The notes under the pieces are model-generated. The model did not search any database. It was not told where the DNA came from and worked only from the letters and a program-made list of their open reading frames with translations. Below, piece by piece: positions 9,919 to 18,280 of a stretch of 64,000 bases of DNA; within the stretch, counting starts at the first letter, position 1, and each line of letters opens with the position of its first letter. The stretch spans positions 6,920 through 70,919 of the forward strand of contig CAZLXJ010000055.1 of the NCBI GenBank assembly GCA_964563645.1, read 5' to 3'. The stretch comes from an uncultured Actinomycetota bacterium. Its GTDB lineage: Bacteria; Actinomycetota; Humimicrobiia; Humimicrobiales; Humimicrobiaceae. The position numbers and the translations under genes were made by a program.

Positions 9919-10746
9919 TCATATATATATTTCCGGTCTTCTCTGTTTTAAAAGGGGTAATTCTTTTCTTATACGCGAAACTTTGCAGGGATCTATTATT
10001 CCGGATATTATCGATTCATCTTCTCCTGCTTCAGAAAAAATTTGACCCCATGGATCTACCATGAGGGAATGCCCATAAACAATGTAATCAGATGAAGCAT
10101 CCCTGGCAGGAGACGCACAAACAAAATATACCTGATTGTCAAGGGCCCTGGCCCTGGCTGTAATATGCCAGTGGGCAGGGCCTGTAGTCATGTTAAAAGC
10201 TGCGGGAGCTATAATTAACAGGGCACCCTCAAGAGCCATTTTTCTTATCAGTTCCGGAAAGCGCATATCGTAACAGATAGCTATTCCGATTCTGCAAAAA
10301 ACAGTGTTAAAAACAGTAATGTCATTGCCTGGAGATATATATTTTGATTCCTTAAAGCTTATACCATCTTTTATATTAACGTCAAAAAGGTGAATTTTCC
10401 TGTGCCTGGCAATCAATCTTCCCTCAGGATTAAAAGTATAGGAAGTGTTAAACATCTTTCCATTTTCAGATTCAGGTATTGAACCGCCAACAATAAATGT
10501 TTCCAGATCAAGTGCAAGTCCGGATAAAAAACTCGCTGTTTCACCAGGGAATTTTTCTGCTGTTTTTTGAAAATATTTATGGTTATACGGACAATTAAAC
10601 ATCTCCGGAAGGACTATGATATCAGAATTATATTTTTTTTTGGCCTGTCTTATGAATTTTTCTGCTTTTATCAGGTTATGCTTTTTATCTTTTTCTACAA
10701 GCGTCTGGCAGACAGCCAGTCTAAAGGTTTTATTTTGAGAATTCAT
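9919..10746 (-). CDS. Carbon-nitrogen hydrolase (nitrilase superfamily, omega-amidase-like)
   Basis: Glu-Lys-Cys triad contexts: VLPEMFN, HRKIHLFD, GIAICYDMRFPE. Confidence 0.8.
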   Translation of the reverse strand: MNSQNKTFRLAVCQTLVEKDKKHNLIKAEKFIRQAKKKYNSDIIVLPEMFNCPYNHKYFQKTAEKFPGETASFLSGLALDLETFIVGGSIPESENGKMFNTSYTFNPEGRLIARHRKIHLFDVNIKDGISFKESKYISPGNDITVFNTVFCRIGIAICYDMRFPELIRKMALEGALLIIAPAAFNMTTGPAHWHITARARALDNQVYFVCASPARDASSDYIVYGHSLMVDPWGQIFSEAGEDESIISGIIDPCKVSRIRKELPLLKQRRPEIYI

Positions 10747-10747
10747 A

Positions 10748-10891
10748 TTAATTTACCCGGCAATCTTTGTACTCTTTCAGCTGAAAGGGTTCAAAATCAT
10801 AAGGATTAATAATTTTATAAGTGGACTCCGGGTTGTTTAGAGCTGCTTCTGCAGTCTCCAACGATATTATAGTAGTTATTTTATTATACAT
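10748..10891 (-). CDS. Candidate 47-aa small ORF translationally abutting the C-N hydrolase gene
   Basis: Read by hand: MYNKITTIISLETAEAALNNPESTYKIINPYDFEPFQLKEYKDCRVN. Its TAA ends 1 nt before the hydrolase ATG. Weak RBS and no recognisable family. Confidence 0.25.
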   Translation of the reverse strand: MYNKITTIISLETAEAALNNPESTYKIINPYDFEPFQLKEYKDCRVN

Positions 10892-10987
10892 TTAATCCAG
10901 CAACTGTTAAAAATAATTTGATTTGTAAAAGAATATTATTTATGATAATTCTAATTAAATTTAAAAAATATGACAAGGGATAAAAAA

Positions 10988-11272
10988 ATGGGTATAAAGA
11001 AGGAGCATGTGGAAGGATACAAAAAAGCCGATGCTGTGCTTTATGCCCTGAGCACATGCCAGTGGTGCAGAAAAACCAAAAACCTTTTAAGCGAAATGGG
11101 TATAGACTATTATTATATAGATGTAGACCTGGCAGGAGGCGATGATCAAAAAAATTTAATAGAAACTATAAAAAAATATAATCCGGCCTGCAGTTTTCCA
11201 ACCCTGATCATAAATGGAAGTGAAGTCCTGGTAGGTTTTGACGAAATAAAGATAAGGAAAAAGTTAGGATGA
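10988..11272 (+). CDS. Glutaredoxin-like / thioredoxin-fold protein (CQWC active site)
   Basis: AVLYALSTCQWCRKTKNLL..CSFPTLIING pattern. An AGGGA RBS precedes the ATG at 10988. The stop overlaps the next gene (ATGA at 11269). Confidence 0.7.
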   Translation: MGIKKEHVEGYKKADAVLYALSTCQWCRKTKNLLSEMGIDYYYIDVDLAGGDDQKNLIETIKKYNPACSFPTLIINGSEVLVGFDEIKIRKKLG

Positions 11273-11781
11273 GAAATAAAAAAATAACAGGAAAACAGAT
11301 AGATAAACTTTTAAAAAAACTTGAGGATGACGCAAGCTCATCTGGCTATAATTTAAATCCCGATACTGCTTTTACAAGAAAACTTGTGGAAGGGCTGCTG
11401 ATAAACCTACAGAGATATGGATATCAGACATGTCCATGCAGGCTTGCATCGGGAAACAAAAAGGAAGACCTTGATATAATATGTCCGTGTGATTACAGGG
11501 ATCCGGATCTGGATGAATATGGAACATGTTATTGTGCTCTTTATTTAAGCAAAGAAGTAAAGTCAGGGAAAAAAGAAATAAAATATATTCCTGACAGGAG
11601 ACATGCAAAACCAGATAAATCAGATAAGACCGGCGGTATAGAAGGAAAGGATGATTTAAAATATCCTGTCTGGAGGTGCAGGGTTTGTGGTTATCTATGC
11701 GCAAGAGATAATCCTCCGGAGGTATGTCCGGTTTGTAAGGCAGAAAAGGAAAGATTCGAAAAGTTTATTAAGAATAGATAA
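11269..11781 (+). CDS. Ferredoxin:thioredoxin reductase catalytic-subunit-like protein fused to a C-terminal rubredoxin-like domain (FDR type)
   Basis: CPC-X14-CPC-X12-CYC cysteine pattern of the FTR catalytic chain. C-terminal WRCRVCGY..CPVCKA rubredoxin knuckles. Confidence 0.75.
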   Translation: MRNKKITGKQIDKLLKKLEDDASSSGYNLNPDTAFTRKLVEGLLINLQRYGYQTCPCRLASGNKKEDLDIICPCDYRDPDLDEYGTCYCALYLSKEVKSGKKEIKYIPDRRHAKPDKSDKTGGIEGKDDLKYPVWRCRVCGYLCARDNPPEVCPVCKAEKERFEKFIKNR

Positions 11782-11793
11782 TGAGATATACTG

Positions 11794-11822
11794 ATCCTGG
11801 CGGTAGAAAACCGGGATTTTTT
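11794..11822 (+). terminator. Hairpin plus T-run between the convergent FDR-like gene and dinB
   Basis: ATCCTGG-N10-CCGGGAT (7 bp, one G-U pair) followed by TTTTTT. Confidence 0.6.
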
Positions 11823-11824
11823 AA

Positions 11825-13009
11825 TTAGAGCCGGTCGATTACATCATCTCTTTCTATTAAATTTGCAAGGGTAACCTTATTTTCCCCAAATTTATTTGAT
11901 ATCGCATCAATCGCTTCAGTAAGATTTTCATTCCCATTATTTTTATTGTATATCAGGCTGCCTGGTTCGGATATACGCTCTAAGCCGCTTACCGATGCTC
12001 CTATAAGCCTTATTTTATTATGGTTTAGATCCATGGACTTTAAAAGTGATACTGTTGCCCTGTATATGTCAAAAATACCATATGTATTTTCACCAAGCAC
12101 CGCCCTCCTGGTGATTGTCCTGAAATTGGAAAATCTTAATTTAAGCGTAATTATTTTACCCCTGTATCCCCTGTACTTCATATTTATGGCGATTTTTTGT
12201 GAAAGAAGGAGAAGTGTGGATTTGAGTGTAGAAAGATCATTAATATCCTTACGGTATGTTATCTCCCGGCCTATCGACTTTACTTCAGGATTCGGATTAA
12301 CTTTTCTATTGTCTATTCCATTAGACATATCATGCATCATCCTGCCAGGTTCGCCGAATCTTGCTTCAATAATTTCCACAGGAGTATCTGCCAGATCTCC
12401 AATAGTATATATACCCATGGATTCAAGTTCTTTATTCGTAACATGTCCGACGCCATGGATATATGATACCGGAAGAAGCCTTATCTTTCTTAGTATCCTG
12501 CCTGTATTCTCCAGCACAGTCAGGCCGTTGGGTTTTCCCATGTTTGAGGCAAGCTTTGCGAGAAATTTATTTGGTCCCAACCCGGCAGAAGATGTAAGGT
12601 TGGTACTTTCGTAAATCCTGCCTTTTATTTTCTTTGCTATTTCAAGTGCATCTCCAAATAACTTTTCACAACCGGTAACGTCGAGGAAACCTTCATCGCA
12701 CCCTATAACCTCTACAAGCGGGGTAAAATTGTAGAATATGCTTCTTATTATCATTGATTCCCTCAAATATTTTTCCATGTTAACAGGTATAAATAAACCT
12801 TCTGGGCAGAGTTTTTTTGCCCTGCTGATAGGCATTCCGGAATGGATACCGTATTTCCTTGCCTCGTAAGAGGCGGTAGAGACCACACCCCTGTTTAACG
12901 GCCCTCCGACAATAAGAGGTTTATTTTTGTATCCGGGATTATCCCTCTGTTCTATCTGGGCAAAGAATGCATCCATATCTACATGGATTATTTTTCTTAA
13001 CTTTTCCAA
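11825..13009 (-). CDS. dinB: DNA polymerase IV (Y-family)
   Basis: IHVDMDAFFAQIE, DEGFLDV, KSIGREITY. Full length at 394 aa. Its start overlaps the dnaE stop by 13 nt. Confidence 0.9.
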   Translation of the reverse strand: MEKLRKIIHVDMDAFFAQIEQRDNPGYKNKPLIVGGPLNRGVVSTASYEARKYGIHSGMPISRAKKLCPEGLFIPVNMEKYLRESMIIRSIFYNFTPLVEVIGCDEGFLDVTGCEKLFGDALEIAKKIKGRIYESTNLTSSAGLGPNKFLAKLASNMGKPNGLTVLENTGRILRKIRLLPVSYIHGVGHVTNKELESMGIYTIGDLADTPVEIIEARFGEPGRMMHDMSNGIDNRKVNPNPEVKSIGREITYRKDINDLSTLKSTLLLLSQKIAINMKYRGYRGKIITLKLRFSNFRTITRRAVLGENTYGIFDIYRATVSLLKSMDLNHNKIRLIGASVSGLERISEPGSLIYNKNNGNENLTEAIDAISNKFGENKVTLANLIERDDVIDRL

Positions 13010-16000
13010 ACCGGCTCCGATCCTGCAAGTATGTTATATCTTAGAGCCTGGTTCCTACAGCTCCTTTTTATTTTTTTTAAAAGTGCCAGATCAATTGCTT
13101 CTCTGCCTGTGATGGTAATATCCCCATCCCTCTGTTCAGGATTTCCTCTTACGATCATAGCAGTGCTCTCTGTAAGTGTCTTGAAATATTTACTGTAAAC
13201 AGGAGGGAAAAACACCGATTCAAATATTCCGTCAATGTCTTCCATGGTGCAGAAGAGCATTTTTTTCCCATCTTTTGTATTTTCAACCCTCCGGTTAAGG
13301 ACAATTCCTGCACAATTAATATCACCGGGGCGGCTATTACCTATATTTTTGATAATTTTGGAGAAGTTGCCGCTTCTGCAGGGATTGAATTTCTCAAGCT
13401 CTTCCCTGAAATAGTCAAGAGGGGGATGGCTTATGCAGAATCCAAGTATTCTGAATTCTTCCTCAATTTTTTCTTCAATGCTGACATTGTTCTTTTTATT
13501 ACATTCAAGTTTAAATACAGGGTTTAATGCTGGGTGAGAGCGGCCGCAGGGAAAGTGTTTGAAGGTCCTGAGATAATAGAATAGTGCAAGGAGATTCTTC
13601 CTGCCTGTTCCGGTATAATCAAATCCTCCAACCCTTATCAGGTTTTCAACAGCATTTTTATTAAGAGAGGACTTCTTGATACACCTGTGATAAAAATCAA
13701 AAAAATCCTTAAAGCAGCCATTTTTTGCCCTTTCTTTTATTATAAGATTTGCCCCTGATGGACCAAGGTCCCTTATGGAAGTTAGCGGGACCCTTATGGC
13801 CTTCCCGTTATCTTCGGGGCTGAATCTGTATTTACTCTTATTTACATCGGGGAGCTTAAGGGCCAGCCCCAGCCTCCGGGCTTCTTCTATGTATTGTGCC
13901 TGCCTGTAATATCCGGAATTATTTGAAAGTATTGAAGATATGAGCTCTGCTGGAAAATATACCTTTAAGTAGGCTATTTTATAAGATATTTCACTGTAGG
14001 CGGCGGCGTGGGCCCTGACAAAGCCGTAACTTGCGAACCTGGATATTAAATCAAAAATACGCCTGGCAAAATCAAGGGAATAGCCTTTTTGAAGAGAACC
14101 CCTGATAAATTTCGACCTCTGCTTTTTCATTTCAGGCGAAGAAAGTCCGGTGATTGCTTTTCGAAGTACATCTGCTTCACTGAATGAGTAGCCTGCTATT
14201 TCTATTGCTATCCTCATAACCTGTTCCTGGTAAAGGATTACCCCATAGGTATCTTTTAAAATGGGTTCAAGATCTTTATGAATAAATACAGTATCTTCTC
14301 TTCCGAATTTTCTTTCTATAAAATTTTTGACCATGCCTGACCGCTGCGGGCCCGGCCGGTAAAGTGAGATAAGAAGGGTAATATCATCAAGGTTTGATGG
14401 TTTTAGCTTTTTTGCCAGAGACCTGATGCCGGAGCTTTCGAGCTGGAATACTCCCAGTGTATTTCCGCCCTTTATAATATCAAATACTTTTTTATCGCCA
14501 TGACTTATTTCAGATATATTTATATCAATATTCCTCCGCTTTTTAAGACTTTTGATTACATCACTTATAAGGCTGAGGCTTACAGAGCTTATAAGGTCTG
14601 TTTTTATAAGGCCGAGTCTTTTAATGCTTTCCATATCGTATTGTGTCATGATCCCTCCTGTATCCGAAAGAGTAAGCGGAACGGTTCCGGTAAGATCTCT
14701 GCGGGATATAATAAATGCAGATGGATGCAATGACATGTGTTTTATGTAATTTTCTATTTTTAAGGCGCAGGATAAGATATTCACAGGGATTCTGCCTTTC
14801 CCGAGAAGACCAGCAGCTTCTTTTATACTTTCCGGCGAAGCCCTCCCGGATGAAAAGCTTTCAGGTAAATCCGGCCTCTTTAATATATCATCGGTCTCAA
14901 ATTTTCCAAGTCCTGCTATCCTTCCTGCCTCTCTTACGGCTGCCCGCGGCCTTAGAGTTGAGAATAGGCATACTCTGGAAACATTTTCTGCCCCATATCT
15001 GGAAGAAAGGTAGGACAGCAGCTCACTTCTTCTCCTGCTGCAGATATCAATATCTATATCAGGGGGGCTTTTTCTTCCGGTGTTTAAAAACCTTTCAAAA
15101 TAAAGATTCTGCTCTACGGGGTCGACATCTGATATTCCCAGAAGATAGGATACAAGGCTTCCGGCAGCAGAACCTTTTCCGCATATGGGTATGTTTCTTT
15201 CCCTGGCAAATCCTGCCATGTCTGCGATTATAAGAAAATATCCGCTGAAACCTGTTTTTTCAATTATTTTGAGTTCCTTCTCAAGTCTGTAAAAGTACCT
15301 GGCATCAGGATAACACCCGAACCTCCGTATAAACCCCGTCATGCAGAGTTTTCTAAGGTAGCCTCCTGGACTGGTCTCTCCTGCAGGTATCTCAAAAAGG
15401 GGAAGCCAGGTCTTTCCCAGGTCCAGGTCCAGGTTGCATTTGCCGGATATGATAGAAGTATTTGATATGGCTTCCGGGATGTCCCGGAACATTGAAATAA
15501 TTTCTTCAGAAGACTTAAAATAATCTTCCCCGCCCGTTATAATCCTGAAAAAGGGATCTTTTTTCATACCCATTGATTTTAATTTGGAAAGATACCTGTA
15601 TATGCAGTAGCTTTTTTTATCTATGTAACGGACATTATTTGTAGCCACAGGAGGCAAATTGTTGGAAAGTGCAAAATTTGTGATTACTTCTGAAAGGTTA
15701 TTGTAAAAGCCGGTCTTTTGGAAGGGGACTCTCTGAATTTCTATATAAAAATCGCCTTCGAATATTTCAATACAGCGGTATGCAGCTTTTAAAGCCCCGT
15801 ACCTGTCTCCATTTTTAAGCAGATCGGGTATCTTGCCGTTAGGGCATCCGCTTAGCCCGATAAGACCTTCGCTGTTTTTGCTTAAATACTTAATATCTAT
15901 TGAAGGAACAGAGTGTTTCTTTTTCAGGTGGGACCTGCTTACTATGCGGCAGAGATTTTTATACCCCCTGAGATTTTTTGCCAGAAGTATCATGTGGGAC

Positions 16001-16227
16001 AGGCCGTCTATGTCAGACAAACATATTTCACATCCTATAATTGGTTTTATATTTGCGGATAAGGCACTTTCATAAAACTTGACCGCTCCACCCATCATAT
16101 ATCTGTCTGTCAGCGCAACAGCCTTCATATTGAGACCGGCTGCTGCTTTTATAAGGTCTCCTATCCTGACGGCGGATTCCATCAGGCTGTATTCGCTGTG
16201 CACATGAAGATGTGTAAAAGGAGTCAC
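12997..16227 (-). CDS. dnaE: DNA polymerase III alpha subunit, short (1076 aa) DnaE-family protein (DnaE2/DnaE3-like)
   Basis: PHP domain HLHVHSEYS, catalytic PPDIDIDI, C-terminal OB fold. No long C-terminal tail. Confidence 0.9.
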   Translation of the reverse strand: MTPFTHLHVHSEYSLMESAVRIGDLIKAAAGLNMKAVALTDRYMMGGAVKFYESALSANIKPIIGCEICLSDIDGLSHMILLAKNLRGYKNLCRIVSRSHLKKKHSVPSIDIKYLSKNSEGLIGLSGCPNGKIPDLLKNGDRYGALKAAYRCIEIFEGDFYIEIQRVPFQKTGFYNNLSEVITNFALSNNLPPVATNNVRYIDKKSYCIYRYLSKLKSMGMKKDPFFRIITGGEDYFKSSEEIISMFRDIPEAISNTSIISGKCNLDLDLGKTWLPLFEIPAGETSPGGYLRKLCMTGFIRRFGCYPDARYFYRLEKELKIIEKTGFSGYFLIIADMAGFARERNIPICGKGSAAGSLVSYLLGISDVDPVEQNLYFERFLNTGRKSPPDIDIDICSRRRSELLSYLSSRYGAENVSRVCLFSTLRPRAAVREAGRIAGLGKFETDDILKRPDLPESFSSGRASPESIKEAAGLLGKGRIPVNILSCALKIENYIKHMSLHPSAFIISRRDLTGTVPLTLSDTGGIMTQYDMESIKRLGLIKTDLISSVSLSLISDVIKSLKKRRNIDINISEISHGDKKVFDIIKGGNTLGVFQLESSGIRSLAKKLKPSNLDDITLLISLYRPGPQRSGMVKNFIERKFGREDTVFIHKDLEPILKDTYGVILYQEQVMRIAIEIAGYSFSEADVLRKAITGLSSPEMKKQRSKFIRGSLQKGYSLDFARRIFDLISRFASYGFVRAHAAAYSEISYKIAYLKVYFPAELISSILSNNSGYYRQAQYIEEARRLGLALKLPDVNKSKYRFSPEDNGKAIRVPLTSIRDLGPSGANLIIKERAKNGCFKDFFDFYHRCIKKSSLNKNAVENLIRVGGFDYTGTGRKNLLALFYYLRTFKHFPCGRSHPALNPVFKLECNKKNNVSIEEKIEEEFRILGFCISHPPLDYFREELEKFNPCRSGNFSKIIKNIGNSRPGDINCAGIVLNRRVENTKDGKKMLFCTMEDIDGIFESVFFPPVYSKYFKTLTESTAMIVRGNPEQRDGDITITGREAIDLALLKKIKRSCRNQALRYNILAGSEPVWKS

Positions 16228-16264
16228 TTAATCCTCACCTGTTTCCATTTTTCTAAAAGAGCGC

Positions 16265-16885
16265 TTACCGCAATGCCCTCTGGACGGCTACCACTTTCCC
16301 CTGGATTAAAGGATCTGATTCCATTATCATGGGCATATATTCCGGATTAGAAGACCTGAGTTCAACATATTTTTCTTTTCTGTAAAATCTTTTTACTACA
16401 GCTTCGTCACCTATAAGCGCTACCACTATGTCACCATTATCTGCTACTGGTTGTGATCGTACTGCTATAATATCCCCGTCGAGTATATGGTCTCCGACCA
16501 TGCTGTCTCCATGAACCCTGAGAGCAAAATCAGCATTTCCCCTTATTATATCGGCAGGGAAGGGGATACGGTCTTCAATGTTTTCTTCAGCAAGGACAGG
16601 CCTTCCTGCGGCTATCCTTCCTATGAGAGGGAGATACAGGGCTTCCTTTTCGGTACCCCGGCCCAGTGTCTCCAGGGCCTTCTTTGTTAGTTTTATGGAG
16701 CGGGCAGATGATCTTCTTTCTATATATCCCTTTCTTTCCAGTGAATACAGGTGATCGGAAATCCCCCTCGGGGAATTGATATAAAGCATACCTGCAAGCT
16801 CCCTTATGGAGGGAGGATAGCTGTTTGCCAGCATATAATTGTATATTTTTTTAAGAACCAGATGCTGTCTGCCGGTAAGTCTCAA
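16265..16885 (-). CDS. lexA: LexA-family repressor, paralog 2 (first gene of the lexA-dnaE-dinB unit)
   Basis: Winged HTH (SIRELAGMLYINSPRGISDHLYSLERKGYIER), AAG cleavage site, GDSM serine and VKRF lysine. TTG start with a GGAGG RBS. Confidence 0.85.
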   Translation of the reverse strand: MRLTGRQHLVLKKIYNYMLANSYPPSIRELAGMLYINSPRGISDHLYSLERKGYIERRSSARSIKLTKKALETLGRGTEKEALYLPLIGRIAAGRPVLAEENIEDRIPFPADIIRGNADFALRVHGDSMVGDHILDGDIIAVRSQPVADNGDIVVALIGDEAVVKRFYRKEKYVELRSSNPEYMPMIMESDPLIQGKVVAVQRALR

Positions 16886-16970
16886 TCAAAGCCTCCAGAT
16901 TTGAAAATTGAAATAATTCCTGTAGTTCCAGTTCCAGCCTGCCGGAGTTTACCTGCTTGATATTATTATA

Positions 16971-17002
16971 TATAATTACTATACAAATGTATAGTAATTA
17001 TA
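16971..17002. promoter_or_regulatory. 32-bp palindrome (15-nt perfect arms, 2-nt centre), candidate operator in the divergent region between lexA paralog 2 and the 3D-domain gene
   Basis: TATAATTACTATACA-AA-TGTATAGTAATTATA. The outer hexamers read TATAAT on each strand. Confidence 0.45.
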
Positions 17003-17205
17003 GGGATATTTTTTAAAAGGCTGCACCGGTAATTATTTTATTAATCAATTTTTGCAAACAATTTTTTAACAAATTTATCTTACATATAATATATTTTCTG
17101 TTGATTTTTGAGAAAAAGCCTGTATAATCCATGGTTTTGGTGATTGTTTATTAAATAAAGTATTTATTAAATAATCAATATTTTTGTTTTGCTTATTAAA
17201 AAAAG

Positions 17206-17721
17206 GTGGAAATGACAAATAGATATAACATAGTTATCAATATACTGTTCTGGATCCTGATTGCTGTACTTGTCTTTGCAGCGGCTGTAACAGTTCTTAC
17301 AAAGAATGGACATATAGATCCATTTATACTAAAAACTGAAACAGAAGTTGTTGTAGAAAAAGAACCGGTTGTGATAACAAAAGTAGAAAAAATAAAGGAA
17401 GAAACGGAATGGTTCTATTTTATTGCAACAGGCTATAGTGCAAATGACCCGAAGCAGGGTACAAACAATATAACAGCTACGGGTAAACAGATAAGGGAAG
17501 GTATGATAGCAGTCGACCCCGATATAATACCTCTTGGAACAAAAGTAGAAATCAAAGACCTCGGTATTTTCACCGCAGAAGATACGGGTGGAAAGATCAG
17601 GGGGAACCGGATCGATGTATATTTTGATACCAGAGAAGAAGCCAAAAAATTTGGCCGCAGGATAATATGGGTCAGAATTCCTGACAGCAGCATAGAGCTT
17701 GCGGAAGAACTTTTTGAGTAG
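17206..17721 (+). CDS. 3D-domain cell-wall protein (MltA/RlpA-like fold) with N-terminal membrane anchor
   Basis: ATGYSANDPKQG..TATG..GMIAVDPDIIPLGTKV..AEDTGGKIRGNRIDVYF pattern. Confidence 0.7.
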   Translation: MEMTNRYNIVINILFWILIAVLVFAAAVTVLTKNGHIDPFILKTETEVVVEKEPVVITKVEKIKEETEWFYFIATGYSANDPKQGTNNITATGKQIREGMIAVDPDIIPLGTKVEIKDLGIFTAEDTGGKIRGNRIDVYFDTREEAKKFGRRIIWVRIPDSSIELAEELFE

Positions 17722-17759
17722 AGTTTATTATCAATTTCTAAATGAAGAGCAGTAAGCTT

Positions 17760-18125
17760 TTATGCTTTTTCACTATTATCCGAGATAATCTTTTTTAACA
17801 TTTCATAGATCATTGAAGCTTTTGAATTATTCAGCCTGCTTATTTTAAAAGTATCCTTCCTGCTGCTGACATTAAGCGTAGATGAAAAAATACCTTTTTT
17901 CAGGTCGGCAGATGCAATATATGGATAAGTGGCAATAAATTTCTTTTCCCTGTTAATATTGGAATAAAAAAAGAAAAAAAGCTTCTTGTTGGTAAGTACG
18001 ATATAGCCATCAATAATATCATTCAGTATGCCTTTTGCATATAAAACTGTCTTTTCATCCCTGTCCATAAAGGTAAAATAACCGACATCATGTGCTGTTT
18101 TATCAAAAAATGGTAAATCATTCAT
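17760..18125 (-). CDS. Hypothetical protein, possibly bacterial PH-domain (YokE-like)
   Basis: The GYIVLTNKKLFFFF core resembles bPH domains. Weak evidence only. Confidence 0.35.
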   Translation of the reverse strand: MNDLPFFDKTAHDVGYFTFMDRDEKTVLYAKGILNDIIDGYIVLTNKKLFFFFYSNINREKKFIATYPYIASADLKKGIFSSTLNVSSRKDTFKISRLNNSKASMIYEMLKKIISDNSEKA

Positions 18126-18280
18126 AAATTCCTCCGGTTAAATAAAATAACAAAGTTAATAATTCTAATATGACTAGATTAGCAAGGGTAATTATATAAG
18201 ATAATAATTGATAAAAAAAGAAATTTGTCTAAAATGTTCTATTTAGTTTATTTTTTAAACCATGTCGGACAGGGAGCAGG

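Noticed and set aside
9864-10064. 66-aa plus-strand ORF overlapping the 3' end of the C-N hydrolase gene
   Set aside because: It overlaps two well-supported genes and has no RBS or motifs.
11946-12614. 222-aa ORF antisense to dinB. Similar long antisense ORFs occur at 8944-9489, 14715-15233, 33835-34419, 52943-53491, 53952-54506 and 62720-63241.
   Set aside because: Ser/Leu/Ile/Phe-rich low-complexity translations lying entirely inside well-supported genes. This is typical of the mirror frame of purine-rich, AT-rich coding sequence. No RBS or family motifs.
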